Below are positions 55,866 to 64,000 of a stretch of DNA of 64,000 bases, in pieces. The translations under genes and the position numbers were made by a program. The notes beneath the pieces are model-generated. The model had not been told where the DNA came from. It saw nothing but the letters and a program-made list of their open reading frames with translations, and made no database searches. How positions within the stretch are numbered: the stretch's first letter is position 1; the number at the start of each line of letters is the position of its first letter. The DNA is from Octopus sinensis (taxonomy: Eukaryota), in assembly GCF_006345805.1 (NCBI RefSeq), contig NC_042997.1, forward strand, positions 178,684,001 through 178,748,000. Reading direction: 5' to 3'.

Positions 55866-58800
55866 TGTTAATAAAAAAAGTAATACCTACTTTTGTATTA
55901 ATTTTATATAACCCTCGTATCAGGGGTACCAATTCATTTGATTGTACCGCATCTACTTACGAAACTTGTCTTTTGCTACATTTAGAACACAATAAATCAT
56001 TCTGGTTATGGAGAAGAAAATGCCAAGTCAAACTTTAGAGGCTTTGAGCTCGAACATTAGAAGCTGAAAAACATTTATCTCTATAATCTGTCGAAGTTAC
56101 CGCCTCCTCCCATTATTACAAGTGATCTAAACTAACCTGAGAATAATACCTTCCGACGTTATTCAACATTTTCTTTTAATGTTCTTGTGTTTTAGAAATA
56201 GTTTGCTTAAAACCGACACCGAACATCGATAGTTTAGCTTTCTCAGTTAAAATAACGTTCAGAGAGAAGTAAGGAAGAATGAGATAGAGAGAGGGAGAAA
56301 AAGAGAGGGAGAGGGAGAGAGAGAGAGATAGAGAGTGAGAGATAGGGAGAAAGAGAGGAAAAAATCCCCGCGGAAATAACGATAAGACTACGAGAACGAA
56401 AGTATTGATTAATTTCTATAGCCCATTTCCAATTTACAGATGTAAAATGTCTGACACCATGTTTTATCTTTGTCAACATCCGTTTGGCATCAGCCTCGGT
56501 ATTAGGCTGTTTGCAATTTCAGTCGTAACGGCATTCAGGCTAATTCAGCTTGTGTTACACGTAGCCGTAAACATGGAAGCGAATCTAAAATAAATCATTT
56601 ATTCGTAACGTTAGCTCAGCCATTTTACTAGACTCGATCTATCTGTTTCTTCAAGAGAAGTTTACCACAGAGTTTGCTGAATAAATCAACTGGGAACTTT
56701 ACACTCACAACGCCGAACAACTCTGCCAACAGTTAATAAATAATTATAACCAGCAACAAACACAAAAAGAGAAATGATCATTGTATTTCGTACATGATTT
56801 CTAACTTATGCACAGTTTAGAGAAGGGGCCTAATCAAATACATTGTACCAGCTTGACTGGGATATATTTTATCGATGACAGACGGATGGGAGGCAAAGAT
56901 AAATTTGAACTAAGGCAGTGTAAAGAACAAAGTACATATTGTAAGTGTTTCGGCGCTCCTGTTGTTTCTGCTATCCACTAACCCTTTATAATAATTATTA
57001 GTGAGACTCGTGGAAATTCCACAGAACAAAGAAGATTAAGAGAAGCTATTTAAGAAAGAAAGAATGATTTGCATTTATATTTGTATTTTGCTAAGTTAAT
57101 TCACTTTCAGTCCCAGTAATATATGATTTTAAAACTCCCTCTGATAAGCACTTTATACTTCTTCAACAAACTTTTTAACCATCTAATTCCCCTCCTCATG
57201 CGTTTAACATTTCTCTCTTTCTCTTCATCTCTCACTTCCGCTAACCACATGGATGGCGGCATAATGCATCGGTTGGCTACCTGCTCTCTCACACACTCTC
57301 ACATTCCCTCTTCCCCTATGTCTCTCTCTCTCTCACTCCATCTCCTCCTCTGTAACAAACTAAAACGTAAACTGTGAACGAACAGGTAGAAGAATAATAT
57401 AATAGATTTATTTCAATAAAATACTTTTCACTATCAATACATCTCCACCCCGCCAAATATCACCATCACTATAGTTTTACTTACTGAAAATTCAAACGCT
57501 ATCTACCTCCTTTTTCTTTCTTTCTTTCTTTCTTTTTCTCTGTCTCTTAATGTAACTGCCTCCTCTCTCTCTCTCTCTCTCTCTCTTTATTTAACCTCAC
57601 TACCAGAACATCAACCTCTGCTAAACATTATATCTTAAACATATCGCTTTCTCTTTACTTTTTCCTCCCCACCCTACAGCACGCTATTAACACTTCTCCC
57701 TCCCTCTTTTCTTTCACCATCTTTTTCTCTCACCTATCGCCTCTGCCTTCAACTAACCACGTGACACATTTGGCCTTGTTATGCATATATCTCTACTTCT
57801 TTCTCACGTCTTTCTTCTCTACTCACACTCCACCCTCTCTCTCACTTGTGTTCTACCTCTCACTCACTCCACGTCCCTTACCAACTAAAGTATAACGGGT
57901 GAGTGAACAAGTAGATTATTATATAGATTTCTATGAAAGGGATACGGTCATACATTCTTGGGGAAAGGCAATAGAGTGGTCAATCTCAAGACTGCCAATA
58001 AGAAAACAACTCAGGTTATAGGCGAGCAATTTAAGAGTCCTGTTCTGAAGTTGTTCATAAGCAGTTCTGAAGTCATTAGCAAAACTATTGTTAAACTGGA
58101 GTTCTCAAGGGTGAAAGACTAGTGGTACGTGACGTATAGAAACAGTTCTCAAAAGCGAAAAACTCATTGAGTGTGGCATATGACAGCAAGAAACCATACT
58201 AATGGTTAAGGAAAAGGATTAAAAGATTTAAGTGGGTAAATTAGATGATAGTTTATTACTGTTGTAGAATTAAATTTCTTATCAGCTCGTGTATTAGGCC
58301 ATTATATTATTTCTCTGAAGGATAAGTCTCTGTATCGTTAGAGGTTTCACTCCGCACAACAAATCAACTCACTGGAATTCACTTTTATCTAGGACATTTA
58401 ATAGGTTAACATTACCGACGTAGCTCCTTCAGATTCCAGATAATTCCTTATCTGAGAAGTGACTGTTAGTTTGTATATTATTGTGTAAGGATGACAAGTG
58501 ATGGCAGAGCCAGTAGAGGTGTAACTCAGAATTTATCGGTTTATAGACTATATACAAACTATTCAGGAGAGTATATGGAGGCTATATAATAAAAATCACT
58601 TAGTTTAATGAGTTATTCTTATCTTCTATCTCATCACCCGTTAGAATATTCACATACCAATGAAGAGATCACCATAGCTCGAATGATAGTAATAATGGCC
58701 ACAATTACCGAACAATGCATCGAATAAATTATTTTCTAATAAAAATACATTCTCAAAGACATCTCCGAGTGTTCAATGTCTGCAGATAAGTTTAAAGATG

Positions 58801-59179
58801 TTCATACTTTTCAAACATTGCTCTTTAAACAGATAGTCAAAATATTTATCCCTTTGTTAGTCTACTAGTGATAAACTAGTATTTGCCACGTTTGATTTCT
58901 TTCTCATAATAGAACATTATTTTCATTTCATTCACTTTCTTTTATAGATAGTTCACTCGGAATCACTGTTGCTTTAAGCTACCGAGTAAGATAAATGGAT
59001 TTCATTTGAAAAGTACATTCAACTTAATATTACACACTATTACAAATTTCGGGTAGCAAATTTTACAACGTTTGAGAAAATTTCATAACGCCTACTATTA
59101 TATTTATCTGAATTCGTTGCAGCGAGCAAAATATGTATTATTCAATAAATAAAGAGTAAGAATTCCATAACTTAACGTC

Positions 59180-59239
<60 letters not shown>

Positions 59240-59418
59240 GCCTTCAATGATATGAACTATCATAATCGTTGTTTTCTTTCTTTGCCACGCAAGAAGCATG
59301 AATATAAAGTTTTTCAGTACACAAGGAATTAACATTTTTCAATTCTATATAGATACATATGCGCATATGCATGAGTCTATGTATGTGTAACTCCATCTCA
59401 TACATAAATGCATATATA

Positions 59419-60240
59419 CTGTGTCATCTCATAAACAATGCAGTTTTTTAATACTTCTTTTATTTTTCCAAATTAAGATAAACAAACTTCTTTTTTTAAC
59501 GTAAAATATACTCTCATTCATTTTCTACGAATCGTTAATCCGAAATAGAAGTAACTACAACCTTTCTATTTGGTAGAATTGCAAGGCCCTTCTTCCAAAA
59601 TTCACTTGTCCGTGATAAAAATATTCCTCCAGTACTGTTCTGACCTTGTCTAGAGAATTTATATTCTTACCGTCAAAATGATTTTGAACTCCGCAGAATA
59701 AATGATAATCAGATGGGGCAATGTCCAGTGAATATGGTGGGTGAAACATCGTTTCCCATTCAAACTGCTCCAGCTTTTGGAATGACATCCTCGCTATATG
59801 TGGCCGAGCATTATCTTGATGGAAGAAAACCTTTCGTTGTCAAACTAAAGGTGGTCGTTTTCCCTCTAGCGCTGACTTAAGCCGCTCAAGCTGCTCGGAG
59901 ATGATTTCCTTTGTCATCGTTTGGTTCGGGTTTAATATTTCGAAGTGGACTAAGACTTTCATATCCCACCAAACAGATAACAACAACTTACGTTGGTGAA
60001 GACTGTCTTCAACCTGGGGTGCCAGTGTTTCTCCTTTCCCCACCCAAAGTCTTGTAGAGAACCCATTTCTCGTCACAAGCCACCATTCGGTTCAAAAAAG
60101 GTTTATTCGTGCGACGTGGCAGCAAAAAAGTGCACACATTCACTCTCTGCGCGCGATTAGACTCGGTAAGTTTGTGAGGTGAATGGTTAAATGACTAAAT
60201 CCAAGCTTCTCTCTCTAGCTCTTCAACAGTTACGATAGGA
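59419..60240 (-). pseudogene. Mariner DD34D transposase remnant with 3' TIR-like end
   Basis: Reads PHKLTESNRAQRVNVC...MVACDEKWVLY, LLSVWWDMK..VHFEIL, FHQDNARPH-...-HPPYSLDIAPSDYHLF. There are 34 residues between the second and third catalytic Asp. Frameshifted. TA + CTGTGTCATCTCATAAACAATGCAGTTTTT at 59417-59448. Confidence 0.93.
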
Positions 60241-60273
60241 TATATGGAATATTATATATAGATATATATATAT

Positions 60274-60560
60274 ATATCACAACAAGGAACGGCATAATAG
60301 CCATTCACCCACTAGAAATACAGCCAAAAGCTTCAACCGCAAAATATTATTCTGTAAACCAGAGAAAATTAAAAAAAAACATTTACCCTGAATTCCTTAT
60401 ACTAGCACTTTCGTCTCGGTGCATCGTATAAGGAATTTCAGGTAATGTTTTTTTTAATTTTCTCCTGGTTTACAGAATTATGTTATTTTGCGTTGAAGCT
60501 TTTTGGCTGTTATTTTCTAGTGGGTGAATGGCCTATTATGGCGTTCCTTGATTGTGATAT
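60274..60560. repeat. About 290-bp foldback element between TA-rich tracts
   Basis: Arms pair along about 125 nt with small indels; innermost perfect block 60391-60402/60426-60437. Confidence 0.92.
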
Positions 60561-60655
60561 TGAACTTAAAATGTTTATGACTAATAATTTTTTCCCACTA
60601 GCCGCTGGGGCACAAAGAATTCTACAAAATTTTTTTGCCTCCTATATTGATATTA

Positions 60656-60696
<41 letters not shown>

Positions 60697-62836
60697 TGTT
60701 GTATATATTTGACTTGGTTTCAGAAATTTGCGCTACGGCTTGTTGAACCAGCTGTGAAATTTAATTTTAATGTTTACGTTTATATAGAGAAAAATGAATA
60801 ATTCATTTTGAGTTACAATGATAGTATAAACAGTTTTGAAGACTAAAATCCAGAGACCGTGGTTAAAATTTTGTGAAGTGGTGGTGAATGGGCAAACATA
60901 TTGACTGTGAAGGAAGGACATGGATGCTCAGCGAAGCTGTAGAATTGTTGTAATGTTAATTTCTATCGAGATTATTGATATAAATAAGCTAGAGGAAAAT
61001 TACTACGAAAATGGCAATAGTATTTTTTTTTATGTAGTCTATATTTATATGTGCTTACTTTTGTGTGTAGGTGTTTTAAATCTTATCTGTGTAAATGTGT
61101 GTATCTATCTGTGTTTCTTTATGCTTAATTATTTTTGTATGGTTGTGTGCTTTTGAATATACGTGGGCGGGTTTGTTTATACGTTGTCTGCGATATATGA
61201 TTTATTTTTGTGGATTTTTCTTGAAAAAAATAAACTAGGAAGATAATACATGACAATTAAATGAAAAGTCATATACGATTTAAGCTTAAAATTTCCCATC
61301 ATATATGTTTTATGTTCTATATAATTTCATTAAATATCTACCCATATATTTAGTATTATTTTGTCTGTGAATTATTAGATATATACATGTAATTTATGTA
61401 TTTTGTATGGCGATATGTGTGTTTATATGCGTTTGTATTAAGATATTTGTGTGCCTTTTCACAAAACACGACAGTGTATTAACTTACTTATTGAATATTT
61501 AAAATTTAAAAGTATTGCGAGATATATAATTTATGATATAGTTTATGTATTTCTATTTTCCCATTCCTGTTTATCACTTAATGGTTGATATATAACTTTA
61601 TTATGAAATGCCAAAAATACACGTTTTAAAATAAAATGATCTATAATATATTAATTTTAGTATCTTTTCTAGAATTTATGCACAGGAAAAACGAATGAAA
61701 GATTATACAAACATGGTGGACAAATGAAATATGTCTGTTTGTCTCAAGCTGAGTCTCATATTACAGCAGACTTTCCTGACATATCTACTTTATGTATGAT
61801 ACACAGAATATTATTTTAAACTAATACTGCTTCTGATGCACACAACGTGTTTTTATCTAGGGCTGCCAGGTAATTTCAATAATCACTATCTTATTATGTG
61901 TCAGTATCTTCGGATTTTCTCTTAACATACGATTGTTAGTGTATACCTGCAACTGACGAAGTTAAAAAATGCGGAAATACCACAACCGTTTCTGCACGAT
62001 CTTCTTCTTCTACTGATATATATTAATATTTTAAAACGTACTAAATCTCTAAGAGATACTATATCCTGATGAATACCGTAGTAAATTAGCCTTTTCATGA
62101 TGTATCAAATTCAAGTATGATATACAGATCGCTATCTGTAAACTAATACAGTTTTTGTTGCACACAATGGAAAATACAATGAGACAGAATTTGCATTGGA
62201 TATAGGTTACCATTTGATCAGGAAATAAACGATACTTTAGTGTAACTGGGGAAAACTACTAAATGAAATTCAACAATGTTTCTTGCCGAAGAAAGTCAAT
62301 GTCTCGTAAAATTTAAGTAAAACATATTTTACCTTAACTGTGTATGGCACACATTGTAAATGGTAAGAATACGTGAACTATTTGAATACTTTCTAGAAAT
62401 ACACTGTCGAATTTTCGATATCATTTATGGTAGTACTAGTGAAAAATAAACTAACGCGTGCTAACTTTTATGTATGTATGTATGTATGTATGTATGTATG
62501 TATGTATGTATGTATGTATGTATGTATGTATGTATGTATCTCTCTCTCTCTATATATATATATATACAAATACATACATAGATATATACATATATATATG
62601 TATATATACTTATATATACATAAATATATGTACATACATATAAAAAACATATATATATATATGCATACATATATATGCAAACATATATACATGCATATAC
62701 ATACATATAGATATATACATACATATATCATATATATACAAATACATATACATATATATACACACATATTTATATACATACACATATCTATGTATATATA
62801 CCTAAATATATACACGTACAATATATACACATATAT

Positions 62837-63021
62837 AGGGAGAATTCACAAAAGAACACAAAAGACGAAGACAGGTGGTGTAGACAACAAACAGATGTAT
62901 TAGTATAACGCTTGGGAAATGAAAAGTCTTTAACGTTTCGAGCGTACGCTCTTCTACAGAAAGGAACACAGAAAGAAACAAGGAGCGAAAATAAAATATG
63001 TGTAGTTGCTAGCGATCTATC

Positions 63022-63025
<4 letters not shown>
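62837..63025 (-). mobile_element. Penelope-like/retrozyme-like LTR fragment between (TA)n arrays
   Basis: Aligns by eye over about 150 nt with 51137-51301; carries a minimal hammerhead-like motif at 62928-62963. Confidence 0.6.
62928..62963 (-). ncRNA. Minimal hammerhead-like motif (CUGUAGA core)
   Basis: CTTT-CTGTAGA-A-GAGC-GTAC-GCTC-GAA-ACGT-T-AAAG. Confidence 0.6.
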
Positions 63026-63064
<39 letters not shown>

Positions 63065-63189
63065 ATATATATATACACATATAAATATACTTATATATGC
63101 ACATATATACATATATATATGTATGTATATATATATGTATATACTTATATATATAGACATATGTATATACATATATATATATATATTAT

Positions 63190-63277
<88 letters not shown>

Positions 63278-63959
63278 CTCTGTGTGATGAGTCTCACCAA
63301 TTAACCAAAAAGTCTATAAAAGATACTGGAAAATTAAAATGTATGCGGTAGAACAGAATCACTATTGTAGAAATGTCTTAATTTTCGTTCAAAGTCGAAG
63401 TGAATTGTAGCACGAAAATTACGATTATATTGATAAATCCCATGAAAATTGATACTTGAAAAATTAACAAGTGTATGTTAAGGTAATTCCTAAAATAATG
63501 GAGGTACTCGAAGCTATATAATGTTTTCCCCATATATCGTCATAATATTAGTAAATCGTAAAAATTTGGTATTAGAAATACTCTGCTGCTTATTCTAAGA
63601 AAATTATTTTCTCGAATCCTCAGCTAACATTGAACATTTAGACATCGGCAAACTTTTTACAACACAAAGCTGTATAAATAAAACACGTAGACCTCTTGTA
63701 CATAAAGAACAAAATCGTTAAATTCTCTATTTAATTTTAGCATGGGTCCCAAACACTCAGCACACGTTAGTGATTATAAAGGTTTGTTTCCATCGATTAA
63801 AATAAAATGTTCTCACACAGGAGGTTGATACAGTCTTTGCATAACGGCAATCCACAAACGAATGACAGAATCCAGAATATCTACATCTTTTGCTATAGAC
63901 CGATTCAGATACAAGTAAGAAAGATTGTCAAGCTTAGAAAATCCTGAAATGCGTCTTAC

Positions 63960-64000
63960 CTGGGGCATCCACACTATAGCTCCTGTAGACTTGACGACGA
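63960..64000 (-). CDS. nAChR alpha-type subunit, partial exon (loop E region), runs off the window end
   Basis: Minus strand reads (2 nt)-VVKSTGAIVWMPQ, then a phase-0 donor CAG|GTAAGA at 63959. It splices in frame to VIYKSSC of the next exon, giving the typical ...GxVxWxP-xIYKSSC pentameric ligand-gated channel sequence. Confidence 0.9.

Noticed and set aside
60403-60425. GAGAC-GAAA-GTGC in the hairpin loop as another hammerhead
   Set aside because: No CUGANGA-like segment or UH site; topology incomplete.
36014-64000. Possibility that the gene is a cephalopod chemotactile receptor
   Set aside because: It retains loop C vicinal cysteines and loop B Trp and has an anion-type linker, unlike described chemotactile receptors.

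Overview
Eukaryotic, AT-rich, microsatellite-saturated genomic DNA. The SINE families and (TA)n/(ATT)n load point to an octopus or other coleoid cephalopod; this is inference, not a database match. One protein-coding gene is supported: four in-frame minus-strand exons (63960->64000 partial, 51594-51969, 47613-47696, 36014-36129) with consistent GT-AG splice phases. They encode a nicotinic acetylcholine receptor alpha-type subunit from loop E through the Cys-loop, loops B and C, and M1-M3. Its M1-M2 linker (PPESPAK) carries the anion-selective signature of molluscan chloride-conducting nAChRs. The remaining cytoplasmic-loop and M4 exon(s) were not found; a 100-N scaffold gap lies downstream at 32342-32441. 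The rest is intronic or intergenic repeat: three decayed mariner elements, many tRNA-derived SINEs of at least three families, three R4/Dong-like retrotransposon 3' ends in (TAA)n arrays, a near-identical 1.14-kb tandem duplication and many foldback hairpins. The most unexpected signal is at least seven type-I hammerhead-ribozyme-like motifs of several unrelated sequence families, read by eye. They resemble Penelope-like-element or retrozyme hammerheads, most lie beside TA/CA-rich arrays, several are inside long foldbacks, and three lie on the sense strand of the receptor introns, each with one core substitution. Almost all ORFs in the supplied track are microsatellite artefacts.
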